In this document: one piece after another, positions 51,051 to 64,000 of the stretch
How positions within the stretch are numbered: the first letter of the stretch is position 1
Layout: each line of letters begins with the position of its first letter
From: Lama glama
Lineage: Eukaryota
Length of the DNA: 64,000 nt
Assembly: GCA_028534125.1 (NCBI GenBank)
Contig: CM052817.1
Span: 45,386,001-45,450,000, forward strand
Direction of reading: 5' to 3'
Made by a program: the position numbers and the translations under genes
Notes under the pieces: generated by a model
What the model was told of the DNA's origin: nothing
The model's database searches: none
Seen by the model: only the letters and a program-made list of their open reading frames with translations

Positions 51051-51408
51051 AAGTTGAGTCTCTCTATCCGTGGGTTCTGCATCTGTGGATTCAACCAAAC
51101 ACAGATCAAAAATATTGGGAAAAATATTTCAGAAAGTTCCAAAAGCAAAGTGGAATTTGCTGCACACTGGCAATTATTTACACAGCATTTACCTTGTATT
51201 TATAGCTATTTACATAGTATTTGCATTGCATTAGATATTACAGATAATCTAGAGATGATTTAAAGTATATAAGAGGATGTGTGTAGGTTATATGCAAATA
51301 CTATGCAATTTTATATAAAGGACTTGAGTACCCTTGAATTTTGGTAACCATTGTGGGGTGGATGGGGGTTGGATGGTCCTGGAACCTGCAGATACCAAGA
51401 GACAACTG
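51051..51408. mobile_element. MER2 (TcMar-Tigger) element inserted in an antisense L2 3' end (~50945-51600)
   Basis: tatccgtgggttctgcatctgtggattcaacc ... aatctagagatgatttaaagtata ... gataccaagagacaactg. Confidence 0.85.
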
Positions 51409-51714
51409 TGTTTCCGAGTGTGTATTGGAAGACAAACAATAAACAAGTAAATATTATTTTAGACAGTGATAAATACAATGAAGGAAATAACACATGGAGG
51501 GGCTACTTTAGAAAGATTATTTCTTTATGGGGTCTCTGGCTAGAGACTAAGTTTGGAACAGTTGGAAGTATGGGAAACAAGGATGATGGCAGCAAAAAAT
51601 AGGACAGCAAAGTGTATGAACATTCCATTGGTAAGAGAAAGAACAAATATTTTGGAATTAAAAAAGGTGTTCCAAAAAGAATCTTAAAGTGAGAATCTGC
51701 TAGTTTAAATCTGC

Positions 51715-52500
51715 CAGGCATGAAAAAGACTCTCAGCATCACAAGCCATCAGGGAAATGAGAATCAAAACCACAATGAGACACTACTTAACACCCACAAG
51801 GATGGCTATGATCAAAAAGACAGGTAACAAGTGCTGGTGAGTGGGCGAAGAAATTGGAATCCTCAGACACTGATGGTGGGAATGCGATATGGTACCATTT
51901 CTTTGGAAAACAGACTGGCAGTTCCAAAGGTTAAACATAGAGCTACCAGCAATTCTACTTCTAGGTGTATACCCAAGAGAAATGAAAACATATGTCCACA
52001 CAAAAATGTGTACATGAATATTCATAGTAGCATTACTCATATTAACCAAAAAGTAGAAACAACCTAAATGTCTACTAACTGATGAGTGGATAAACAATGG
52101 TATAACCATATAATGGAATATTATGCAACCATAAAAAGGAGTGAAGTGCTGATATGTGTTACCACATGGATGAACCTTGAAAACATTTAGCTAGATGGAA
52201 GAAGCCAATCACAAAGGGCCACATATAATATGATTCCATTTATATGAAATCCAGAATAGACAAATCCATAGAGACAGAAAGTAGACTGGTGATTGCCAGG
52301 GGCTGGGCGAAGCGAGATGGACAGTGACTGTTGGTGATTATGGAACTTCTTTTTGGAGTGATAAAAATGTTCTAAAAATTGATTGTGGTAGTAATTGTGC
52401 AACTACATGAATATACTAAAAAGCATTGAATTGTTTACTTAAAATGGGTAAATTTTGTGATTATGTGAGTTATATCTCAATAAACCTGATATTAAAAAAA
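51715..52500 (+). mobile_element. L1MB-like 3' end
   Basis: ORF2 C-terminal relic plus 3' UTR ending tatatctcaataaa and an A tail. Confidence 0.85.
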
Positions 52501-52719
52501 ATCTGTTAGCACCACTCTCAAAAATATTTCCAGATAAAATGATATGATGCCTGGGATTTCCTTCAAAATACTTCGTTATTGGGAATAAGGTTCTAGATGA
52601 AACAAGATTGGCCATGATTTGATAATTGTTGAAGCAGAGGCATGGGTATGAGGGAGTTATTTAAAGACCTTTGGTTCTAGGGTAGTTATTTGCAGGTCAT
52701 AACCATGAGAATCAGAATG

Positions 52720-52945
52720 GCTCTGTTAGTAGCCAGGCCTCTGGAGGCAGCTATTGTATTTTAAATCCTAGCTTTGCTATGTGACTCTGAATAAGTCATA
52801 TAACTTCTTTAAGCCTCAGTTTCCTCATCTTTAAAATGGAGGCATAAAGCACCCACCTAGGGATGTTGTCAGAATTAAATAAGTTAATATCCACAAAGTG
52901 CTTGGAACATTGTCTGATACCTAGTAAGCATTATGTATGTTTACC
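52720..52945 (+). mobile_element. MIR SINE
   Basis: agcctcagtttcctcatctttaaaatgg core. Confidence 0.8.
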
Positions 52946-54765
52946 TTTTCATTAAAAAGGAGAAGGAAGCTGGTTGCAACGCACTAAATTGATTTTATGA
53001 CAAGGAATTCACTTTTGGCAACATCATTGCCATCTTGGAGCTCAGCTGTTTCCATCTCAAAATCCATTTTACTTTATATTTCTGGTATCTTGTGCATAAG
53101 GATGGTGTTAACACCTGCACCTCTGTCCTCTTGCTTCTCTGAGTGTGAATGTCCTCAGTGTAATGAAATATGTTGGTTTGGGGACATGACCATCTCACTC
53201 GAGTGAAACCCTTTTGATTGACTGCACATAGTTGATCACAAACAGAATGAGTTCTTCCCTGTTTTTAAAGAAAGTACTTTATCTTCCCTTTCTTCTCACT
53301 TTAAAATTGAGAATATGCTTTTGCTTTTGAAACATTTGCACTTGCTATTCATCTGCGGGGAGACAAGTGCTGTTAACACGCCCAAAAGAAAGTGCTGCTC
53401 AGATGCTCAAGTAGATCAGGAACTGATGGGCAGTCTGTCCTCAGTCTGCTGTTCCCAGACACTTAGCATCATTTGTCACATGCCCTGGGAATAAATTTCC
53501 ATAGAACGTGTTGAAATAGGCAGGTCCCCTCCGGCTGCTTTCAGTGCCACCTTACACTTACAGCCGACCCTCGCAGCCATTTTCCTGCTTGCAGTGGAGT
53601 GGGAGGAGGGAGGAGATAATTGTATTTCTCAGCCTGTCATTATGTTAAGTGTTTTCTGCTCTGGTGCTTGAAAATTCTCTCTCTGCCCTGAAAGCGTGCT
53701 GTAGCTCCAGTTAGAGGGCTAGGTTCAGGTTCTCTTATCTCTACATTGATGGGTACTTTTGGTGTCATATTTGTCCTTGTTAGGAAAGATTTTCCACTGC
53801 CTTTTCCTCTGTGACTGAAGCATGACTTTGGCTCTGATTCTGACCTTGGGAAGGGTCCATGGACGACCTCCATGGAGATATTCTTAACTTCGGAGAAGGC
53901 AGCATCAACTTTTCCTTGCCATCCGCTAACCTATCTCTCACCCACTTTCAACCCCATGAACCCTAGACATGCATCCATTCCTTCAACTGTTCAGTAAGCA
54001 TTTATTGATTTTTGCACTACTTGTAGAATGCTAAACTCAAGGCTTTGGGGTCTCCACAAAAATGATTGAAGGAAGAAAGATGAAAAAGTAGTTCTTGTCT
54101 TTGGGGAAAACCAATTTTCTAGTTGGAGAACTACAATGTATATGTAAACTTTTCATAGCAAATTATTAGTGTCTTGGAACACTTTTCTTGCTTATATTTG
54201 TAACATTTATAACATCTTCTATCAGGCATTGTAATTTTCCATGTGTAATAGAAACTTTCCCTGTCCTTTATTCTACTTCTTCTCTTTATTCGAATCCTCC
54301 TCTATGAGACTCAAGCTCTTTATTTTGATGCTTCTGTATCCTTCACCTACCATGACACATGCCCCCACATGGCAAGTGTGTTTCCCTTACTCCTTCCTTC
54401 TGTCCTTCCTTCCTGGTATTTGGATTGTGGTAAAGATTTTATGTAAAGCATTGATATACTTAGGGTTACTCTTTTAGGTTTATCAGACCAACATGGCTTC
54501 ACATTGGCCCCTAGTCCCATCCTGGCAGGAGATGGAGAGGCAGGAGATGAGCTTGAAGACACGAGCCAAGTCAGATGATGTAGCACTCTCTTGGCATACG
54601 AAGTTTGGATTTTATCCATAAAGTAACAGCTGATCAGTCACACATATTTATTGAATATTTACTATGAGCAGTCACTGTTCTAGGTGCTAAGGATGTAGCA
54701 GTTAGATGAAGTCTCTGCCTTCAGGGGGCTTATATTCCAATGGACGAAGACAGATAACAAACACA

Positions 54766-55505
54766 GTATGATAATCTCCAGGTCCATCTGTGTAGCTGCA
54801 AATGGCATTATTTCATTCTTTTTTTTATCACTTAGTAGTATTCTTTCTTCCTGTCTGTCTGTCTGTCTGTCTGCCTATCTATCTATCTCACATCTTCTTT
54901 ATCCAGTCATCTATGGATGAACATTTAGGTTGCTTCTGTGTCTTGGCTATGGTAAATAATGCTGCTATGGACACTGGGGTACATTTATCTTTTTGAATTA
55001 GAATTTTCTCTGGATATATGCCCAGGAGTGGGATTGCTGGATCATATAGTAAGTCTATTTTTGGTTTTTAAAGGAATCTCCATACTGTTTTCCATAGTGG
55101 CTGCAAGCTACATTCCCACCAACAGTGTAGGAGGGTTCCCTTTTCTCCACAGCCTCTCCAGCATTTATCATTTGTGGACTTTTTAATGATGACCATTCTG
55201 ACTGGTGTGAGGTGATATTTCATTGTAGTTTTGATTTGTATTTCTCTAATATTTAGTGATAGTGAGCATCTTTTCATGTGCCTGTGGTGCCTGTGTCTTC
55301 ACTGGAGAAATGTCTGTTTAGGTCTTCCACCTATTTTTTGACTGGGTTGTTTGTTTTTTACTTGTTATTGAGTTGTATGAGCTGTTGGTATATTCTGGAA
55401 ATTAAACCTTTGTCAGTTGCATCATTTGCAAATATTTTCTTCCAGTTCATAAGTTGTCTTTTTGTTTTATTTATGTTTGTGCAAAACTTGTAAGTTTAAT
55501 TAGAT
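54766..55505 (-). mobile_element. L1 ORF2 C-terminal fragment containing a (CTGT)n(CTAT)n microsatellite at 54851-54888
   Basis: Translates [37 protein letters not shown]. Confidence 0.88.
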
Positions 55506-57799
55506 GTTTATATTTCTTTAACACTTTTTTGTGTGAATTTTGAATATTTTGAAACATTTTATATTTTATCCCATTTCAGTCATTTACCATATTCAATCAG
55601 AGAGACTGAAAAGAAAATATTAAATTAAATACTTATCATTCAAAATATACAAACCTAAATAAGTATAGAAGAAATTTAAATACTCCAACAGTCAAATTAA
55701 TTTTTTATAAGTATGTAGAATTTATGGTTCTGAAGTTGTTAAAGCTTAAAATTACATGAAGACTTCAGGGACATCCTTTATTTACTTACTTGATTAATCC
55801 TCCTTATGTAATCAATTTCTCATCTCTTCCACCACACCCTCCCCTGTGTGACTCCCTCTTTGCTATATCCATTCTTCCAACCTCCCATGCCAGGCCACTT
55901 TTCCACGGGGATGCCCTGCTCACCCTGCTGGGACTGTAATCCCTGTGCCTCAGGGTAGAGGTGACCTCTTACCCTGTCTAAATTGGGCCCCTTGCCCTTA
56001 TCTTCCTCGGATGTCAGCCCTGTGCTGTGGGCTGCCATGGCTTACCCTCTCTCCATTCCTGATGTGTGGATGCCTACGTCTCTTAGAAGTGGGCTCATCT
56101 AATACATTTAGGACTGAACTGTTCAGGAAAGGAAGGCAGGAAAATAATGGAAGAGATAGAAAGAGGAAGAAGAAGAGAAATAGTTAATTTGTTTTTAGCC
56201 TTTCATCAACATATTCAAAGATATAAATTTCCCGCTAAGTACTATTTAGGTGCATCTCACAGATTTTAATATATAGCACTTTCATTGTGATACAGTTTTA
56301 AGTAACTTCTAATCTTCTGTTTAACTCAAGCATTATTTATTTGTTTAAATAAGATGAGACTTTCAATCAAACTCTGTAAAATGGAAATCTAAAAGTCATT
56401 TTACTTTTACTTTTTTTCTCTAGGCATGTTAAGTGCCAATGATCCTCTTCTAGCTTAACAAAGAAAGTCAACATGTATTTATATCTCTAAGATGCCATTT
56501 TAAATATTATCACCAGGGCAACACATTATAAAACAACCAATCAGCATTATAAGCTTCTTAGAGATGAGGAACGATTTCCCCAGGACACAACAACAGTTTC
56601 TGAAGTCTGGATGTCTTACAAATCTTTGTTAGAATTAAAGTCGTCAGGTCAGTTTTATGATGCAGAATATTCTGTGCTACTCTGGCAGCTTCAGGGAAAA
56701 TGGAAATATTTGCTACTTATCTTGCAAAGACTTTTCACCAGTTAGAAGAGTCTCTAGTTTTTCAAGGCTAAATGTTAAAATGTATGAAAGGGAAGAGACA
56801 GTTCTGAAAAGCCCCCAATTCAGTTTGGAATGGGTTATATAAATTTTGCATCTATTTTTAGTAACATTTTTTAGTTTTAATTTGATAACTGAGTGTTCTA
56901 TATCTTTGCTGTTTTTCTTCTACTTAAGCTATTAGTTTCTGAAAATGGTGACTTAAATTTTTCCAGGTAGAAGATTAATTATTTCATTGTTCTGTCAGTT
57001 ATTGTTTCATATATTTTTAAGCTATATTACTAAGTATATATTCATGATTATTACATCTTCTTGGTCCCTAATGCTAATGTATTCTACTCCTATATACCCC
57101 ATATTATGTTTTTCATTTTGCATGTCCTTTTTTGTCTAGTATTAAAATTGCTATACTGGATTTGTGCTGGTTTATATCTAACTAGTTTATCTTTTGTCAC
57201 GCCTTTTTAAAAATAGATTAAAAATTTTTTTTAACTCACCACCTGACTCAAGAACTAAAACAGTAACAATTGCACCTACCGAGTGCTTCTCTTCCCCATC
57301 CTTCTACCCTAGTCTCCTATTTCCCTCCAAGGTAATAGCTATGCTAAATTTTGTGTATGTCATTACCTTGCTTTAAAACATTATTTTACCACACATATAT
57401 CATATATACATATATGTATCATATATATAAACAATATATTGGTTTTTATTATCTGATGTTAAACTTTAAGAAGAGTGTACATGCTGTATATAGTCTTCTG
57501 GGACTTGCTTTTATCACTCAACATCATGCTATCATGTTCAGCCATATTCTATGTTACTGCAGTTCATTCATTTTTACTGCTATAAAGTATTTCACCATTT
57601 GTATTTATTATCCTATCAAAGGATTTTAACCTTTTTGCTATTACAAACAATGCTGACATGAGAATTTCTGTACAAGAGTTTCTTTTGGGCATATATTTAG
57701 GAGTGGTATGGCAAAAGCATAAGCTATGCAAATACTCAACTTGACAAGCTGATTTAATTTTGTCCTTTATTACCTACCTATGTATAGACACCCATCCTT

Positions 57800-60510
57800 T
57801 GTTGGATATGTGGTTTTCAAATATTTTCTCCCAATTTGTAGCTTACCTTTTCATCCTCTAAACTGGGCATTTCACAGAATAGAAGTTTTAAACTTTGATA
57901 AAGTACAGTTTATCAATTTTATCTTTTATGGATTGTGCTTTTGGTTTCAAATCTAAGAACTTGTTGCCAGCACTAGATTCCAAGGATTTCTAGTTTTTTT
58001 CTAAAGTTTTATAGTTTTTATATCTTACATTTAAGTCCACGATTTATTTTGCTTAATTTTTGTATAAAGTGTGAAACTTAAGTCACGGTTCATGATTTGC
58101 TTATAAATATCTAATTGTTCCAGCACCTAGGCTATCTTTCCTCCATCGAATTGCTTTTGCATCTTTTTCAAAAATCCATTAGGCATATTTTTTCTGAGTC
58201 TATTGCTAGATTCAATGTTTTGTTCCATCAGTCCATGAATGTTTCCCTCTGCTGATACTATACCATTTTGATTACTGTAGCTATACAATAAGTCTTGAAA
58301 TTGGGTAGACCGATCCTTCTACTTTCTTATTATTTTTCAGAATTGTTTTAGCCATTCCACTTTCTCTACCTTTACATAAATTTTTTATAATAATCTTGTC
58401 TCTATATACAATAGGTCTCTCTAGGATTTTAATAGGAATTGCATTAAACTTGTATATCTATTTGGGGAAAATGAACATCTTTACTATGCTGGGTTTTCCA
58501 GTCCATGAACATGGTGTGTCTCTGTATTTCTTTAGATCTTCTTTGACTTCTTTCATTAGTGTTATGTGGTTTTCAGCATACAAGTCCCAGACATGGTTTG
58601 CTAGATTTATGCCTGCATGTTTAATATTTTTAATAGTTGTAAATTGTATTATGTTTTAAAATTTTTATGTCTATATGTTTGTGTTGGTATATAGAAATAA
58701 AACTGATTTTCATTGTTAATCCTGTGCTCCGTGATCTTGCTGTATAACATATTAGATAAAGAGGGTTTTTTTTTTTCTTTTTAGTTTTGTAGATTCCTAC
58801 AGAGTTCCTTTTCTTGCCTTATTGCACTGGTTAGAACTTCCAGCACTATGTTGAATAAAAATGGTGAAAGTGGTTATTTTTGTCTTGTTCTTGATCTTAG
58901 GTGAAAGTATTCAATCTCCTAACATTAAGTATTAGAGTATCTGTGAGATTTTGTTAGATGTTCTTGATTAAGTTGAGGACATCTCTATTTCTATTTTTCT
59001 GAAAGTTTTTATCACAAATGAGTGTTGAATTTTGTCAGATATCTTTTATGCATTGATTGATATGATCAAATGATTTTTCTTCTTAGCCTGTTAATCTGTT
59101 GGTCTACACTTATTGATTTTTTTTCCATTTTTAAAAATTGAAGTATAGTCAGTTTACAATGTTGTGCCAGTTTCTGGTGTACAGCATAATAGTTCAGTCA
59201 TACATATACATACATATATTTCTTTTCATATTCTTTTTCATTATAGGTTGCTACAAACTATCAAATATAGTTCTCTGTGCTATACAGTACAAATTTGTTT
59301 ATTTATTTTATATATAGTAGTTAATATCTGCAAATCTCAAACTCCAATTTATCCCTTCCCACCCTCTTTCTCCCCTGGTAACTATAAGTTTGTTTTCTGT
59401 CTATGAGTCTGTTTCTGTTTTGTAAATACGTTGGTTTGTATCTTTTTTTAAGATTCCACATATAAGTGATATCATATGGTATTTTCCTTTCTCTTTCTTG
59501 CTTACTTCGCTTAGAATGACAGTCTCCAGGTCCATCCATGTTGCTACAAATGACATTATTTTATTCTTTTTTATGGCTGAGTAGTATTCCATTGTATAAA
59601 TATACCACAACTTCTTTATCTAGTCATCTGTTAATGAACATTTAGGTTATTTCCATTTCTTGGCTATTGTAATTAGTGCTGCTATAAACATTGGGGTGTA
59701 TGTATTTTTTTGAATTAAAGTTCCCTCCAGATATATGCCCTGGAGTGGGATTGCTGGGTCATATGGTAAGTCTATTTTAAAATTTTTTGAGGAATCTCTA
59801 TACTGTTTTCCATAATGGCTGCACCAAACTACATTCCCACCAACAGTGTAGGAGAGTTCCCTATTCTACACACCCTGTCCAGAATTTATTGTTTGTGGAC
59901 TTTTTAATGATGACCATTCTGACCGGTGTGAGGTGATATCTCATTGTAGTTTTGATTTGTATTTCTCTGATGATTAGTGATATTGAGCATTTTTTCATGT
60001 GCCTATTGGCCATTTGTATGTCTTCATTGGAGAAATGTCTGTTTAGGTCTTATGTCCATTCTTGAATTGGTTTTTGTTGTTGTTGTTATTAAGTTGTATG
60101 AGCTGTTTATTTATTCTAGAAGTTAAGCCCTTGTCAGTCATATCATTTGCAAATATTTTTTCCCATTCTGTAGGCTGTCTTTTTGTTTTGTTTATGGTTT
60201 CCTTTACTGTGCTACACTGATTGATTTTGGAATATTGAATAAAATTTACTTAAACATAGCGTGTAATTCCTTTTGCACATTATTTAATTCTAAATGCTAA
60301 TATTTTGTTAAAGACCTTCATGTCTATATTAGTAAGCAAAATTGGTGTCTAGTACCTTTTTTTTTGTACTGATTTTGTCTGTTTTTTGATATTAAGATAA
60401 TACTTGCTTCCTAAAAGGAATCAGAGTTTCCTCTTCTAGATTCCAGAAGACATAGTATAGAGTTAGTGTTAAATTTTTTTAAAAAATTTGGTAGAATCCT
60501 CCAGAAAGCC
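57800..60510 (-). mobile_element. Old L1 ORF2 relic, interrupted by a younger L1
   Basis: Antisense ORF2-like motifs (ttgattactgtagct, ggaattgcattaaacttgta, agaacttccagcactatgttgaata). Confidence 0.8.
59121..60211 (-). mobile_element. 5'-truncated younger L1 nested in the old L1
   Basis: Translates WYIYTMEYYSAIKKNKIM. 17-bp TSD CTACACT(T/G)ATTGATTTT at 59104-59120 and 60212-60228. Confidence 0.9.
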
Positions 60511-60584
60511 CATTTAAAAAAATAGACTTTATTTTTAAATAGAATTTTTTAATTGATTTTTTTCATTGTCCAAGTTTTATTCCC

Positions 60585-61500
60585 ATTTTTTAAATTGAAG
60601 CATAGTTGATTTACAATGTTGTATTAGATTATGATGTACAGTATAGTGATTTCAGTTCTTTTTCATATCCTTTTTTCTTATAGGTTGCTACAAGATATTG
60701 ATTATAGTTCTCTGTGCTATACAGTATAAACTTGCTGTTTATCTATTTTATATATAGTAGTTAGTATCTACCAACCCCAGACTCCCAATTTATTCCTCCT
60801 TCCCCTCTTCCCCCCTCAGTAACCATAAGTTTGTTTTCTATGGCTGTGAGTGATGAGGAAATTTCTGAATCTCTACAAGGACATATCTCTGGTACTGCCC
60901 CAGTGAGGGGCAAGGTTATCTTATTACTGCTGGCTGGAGGTGGAAGTTCTGACTGACATATGGTCCCCACTGACCTAGTGAGGGAGAAGGCTTGTTACTG
61001 CCTGGTGGTAATGAAAGTTCTGGCTCACCAGAGGCTTTCTGTCCTGATGCTGGTGATGGGGTACCTCATTACAACCTTGCAAGGGTGGAAATCTAGACTC
61101 CCCACTTTACCTTTGCTAGCATGGATAGTTGGTGGGGGCACAGTATTTTCTGTGATGTTGGACTAGACTAGAGTAGTCATTGATGGAAAGTTTTCTGTCT
61201 TGCTAGGTGACCCCTTTTCTGGTCCTTTGGCTAGAGTGAGCAAACTTTTGTCTTATTTTTAGTCTGTACTCATGTCAGTTTGCCATCTTCTTTGGCTCCA
61301 AATCTGGGACTTATGAGGCAAAAATAAAGCTCATGGAGTTCACTGCTGTGTTATTCCTTAGGTCATGAGGTCCCTAGCTGGTCTGCCTTCTCTCCACCTT
61401 TCAGAGTCTTCTTATATAATTTTGTATTTAATTTTTAGTCATACTTAGTGGGAATAATAGGGAAAATGATGTTTATTGCAACCTCCCAGAAATGGAGGAC
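60585..61500 (-). mobile_element. Short L1 3' end (~60585-60852) followed by an L1MC-like 5' UTR relic (~60860-61500)
   Basis: First part is homologous to 4945-5210. Second part resembles remembered L1MC 5' ends. Confidence 0.6.
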
Positions 61501-62022
61501 CAGAGTGGGTTTTAACATTTCCATTTTATAGAAGCAAAAGCTGATATTAAAAGATGTTAATGAATTTGTCTGAGGTTACACAGAAAGTGAGCGATAGGGA
61601 AGGATCAAACTCATGCTTGAAGTCCTGAATGTCAGAGTTGAGGAGCCATCCTTTTCCAGTACCTTTTCCAATACTTGAATCCTCCCTCCAACCTCCCTAT
61701 CAAGTGGTCATCACTGAGGCCATGCAAGAAAGTTGCATGACTGCTAATTTCCTGCTGCTTGCACCAAAACATGGTCTCTCACTGGATAGCATAAATCTCA
61801 GCTTATTGTATAGGACAATATGTCCTGTTATTTGATGTTTCCACAATTCTTGCTTCTGTGCAAGGCACAATGTTGATCAGTAGCCGCCAGTTGACCTTGG
61901 GATTAAAACCCAGCCTGAAAAGCTCTAGGCAAACACTATCTGAGATGTGTGAGGAAGAAGGTATGACTAACTTCACTTTTTCTTTTATATCCATCTCCCC
62001 ACAGTTCCCCAGTCTTCTCCAG

Positions 62023-62460
62023 TGCAGTGTATAATGGTGGTGCTCTGCTCAGATCCCCTTGGATTCCATTTTACTATTTTTGTGCACCACCTGGTTTTTC
62101 TGTGCTTTCCAAACACTGTATTTATAGCCTTTCTCTGGATTCTCTAACTCCCAGAGCCTGGTTTTCCTAAAAGGCAGAAAGCTGAAAGTACATGGGAATT
62201 ATGTCCCCTGGGGTGGCCTTTAACTAGTGACAGATGGGAGCAGGCAACTCTGTAGTGTAACTTATATTCTGAGTTCCTCCGTGGGAATAGGCTGACGCCA
62301 CCCTCTGCAGGACTGCACTTGGAATGACGTTTGCTACTCGGCTTTCTCCCTTTTCCCGCCCCACCCCTGCTTCCTTCCTGGTTTCCCTTGGGAGCACTTC
62401 TTTAATAAATCACACAAATCCTCATCTCAGGGTCTGCATCTGGGGAACCTGACTGAAACA
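62023..62460 (+). mobile_element. LTR16-like solo LTR (ERVL)
   Basis: ctcagatcccctt ... aataaatcacacaaatcctcatctcagggtctgcatctggggaacctgactgaaaca. Confidence 0.7.
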
Positions 62461-63272
62461 TCCGTCAAAGAAGTTCCAGGGTGAATACTAGTCTATGTGT
62501 AGCATGAGAGTGTGTAGCATAGTTACTGTGGTCACTGCCGAGGAGGAATAGGGAGGAATCATGGCCAAGTTGCCTTCATCTTGTCGTTATGGAGACAGAC
62601 GTGCTGGGCTTTATCACAAGGCTGCTTTCCTCCAGGTATGACGTTGCTGTGGAAACACAGCACCCAAAGCCTCAAAGAACACTCTGTTCTAATCCCAGCT
62701 GCTTTATCCATCTGCTTTGTGTCTCATTAGCAGAAGGAGCCTAGCAAGACAGGAGGCGTTGACCACATCTCTGTTCAACCCAGTAATCTAGAGAAGGGCC
62801 CCAACCCTGGACTTTTTCCTGGGTGAGTGAGAATCTTGGGGTATTTTTAGGTAATATTTGCTAAATTAGATGGAAACAAAATCATCCTGTGCTGCATGGG
62901 TTTTGAAATGACTGCTGGCAACTGCATTTACTGCCTATTTATTTCAATCTGAGTTCAAGTGGGTCCCTCTTAGACTCAGCCTTATTTTGAGCCTGTGGAT
63001 TCTTTCAGCATTAGCCTCCCTGTTTCCAGAAATGGGAATAACTATGCTCACTCATGGTTAATCTTTTCTATGTTCAAGAAAGCAAGAATTTAAACAGAAT
63101 AGTTATAAAATGTGTTATCTCTTCATGGGGATAACACTGATGATGGATTCTGAGCACAGGTATCAGTGTGGCCCAAGGCTATCTCCCCAGTAGGTGATGG
63201 TGTTTCTCAATTACAGTGCAATGCAGTAGATACAACCTCATGGTTAAAAGCATGGGCTTTTTTGTTAGATGA

Positions 63273-63647
63273 TGTCTTAGTGCGAGCAGCTATAACGAAG
63301 TCACATAGCGTGGATGGCTTACGTTGAAAACATTTATTTCTCATAGTCTGGAGGCTGGGAAATTCAAGATCAAGGTGATGGCAGATTTAGTGTTTGGTAA
63401 GAGACCTCTTCTTGGTTTGTAGATGGCTGGCTTCTTGCTGTGTCCTCACACTGGGGAGAGAGAGGACTCTGGTCTCTTCCTCTTCTCATAAGGGCACTAA
63501 TCCCACCGTGAGGACTCTACCCACCATGACCTCATCTAAACTTAATTACCCCCTAAAGGCCCCAACTCCAAATACCATCATATTGGGGATTAGGGCTTCA
63601 ATATTTGAATTTGGGAGGGAGGGTATACAAACATTCAGTCTGTAGCA
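63273..63647 (-). mobile_element. MLT1A-like MaLR solo LTR
   Basis: tgtcttagt...ctggaggctgggaaattcaagatcaagg...ataagggcactaatccca...aacattcagtctgtagca; TG...CA termini. Confidence 0.88.
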
Positions 63648-64000
63648 GATTGTTTTAGACTGACTTTTGAGTTAAGGAGAGAGTCATGAAAAAGAGGTCT
63701 CTTTTATTGTAAAAAGTGATTTACTTTGCCATTTAGAAATGCTAATGGCTACAGTTTTTCACTGTTGTTGTTACTATTGTTGGAATTAAACTTTATCAAT
63801 GAATTAGAATTTCTAAAGTTAATTCCTGGCATTTTATTGCCTGTATTTCTCAAAGATATCAGATAGATTTGAGAGTCAAGACTAATTTTCAGAGAAAAAC
63901 AGTAATATCAGTTAGGATTCAGGCAGGAAAACAAATTATTCTAGGTGTTTCAAACAGAACAGTATTTAATATGGGGAATAATCTGTCTACCAAAATCATT

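Overview
Mammalian genomic DNA, most likely camelid (inferred from three tRNA-Ala-derived Vic-1-like SINEs). It holds two complete, intact genes arranged head-to-head on one CpG-island promoter (~24.2-24.9 kb). THAP6 is on the - strand (4 coding exons, 669 nt, 222 aa) and RCHY1/Pirh2 is on the + strand (9 coding exons, 786 nt, 261 aa). Every coding exon was read by hand and joins in frame at GT-AG sites. The rest is intronic or intergenic DNA rich in L1, L2, MIR, MaLR/ERVL and DNA-transposon relics, with two 500-N gaps. I found no convincing new multi-gene system. The most unusual structures are an ~82-bp-stem inverted repeat at 6.9-7.2 kb with an L1 tip in its loop, a ~600-bp inversion inside an old L1 bounded by a perfect 27-bp inverted duplication, several fold-back micro-insertions, THAP6 uORFs, and splice signals matching the RING-defective Pirh2B/C isoforms. 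Repeat family names come from remembered consensus sequences, and repeat boundaries are approximate unless TSDs are given.
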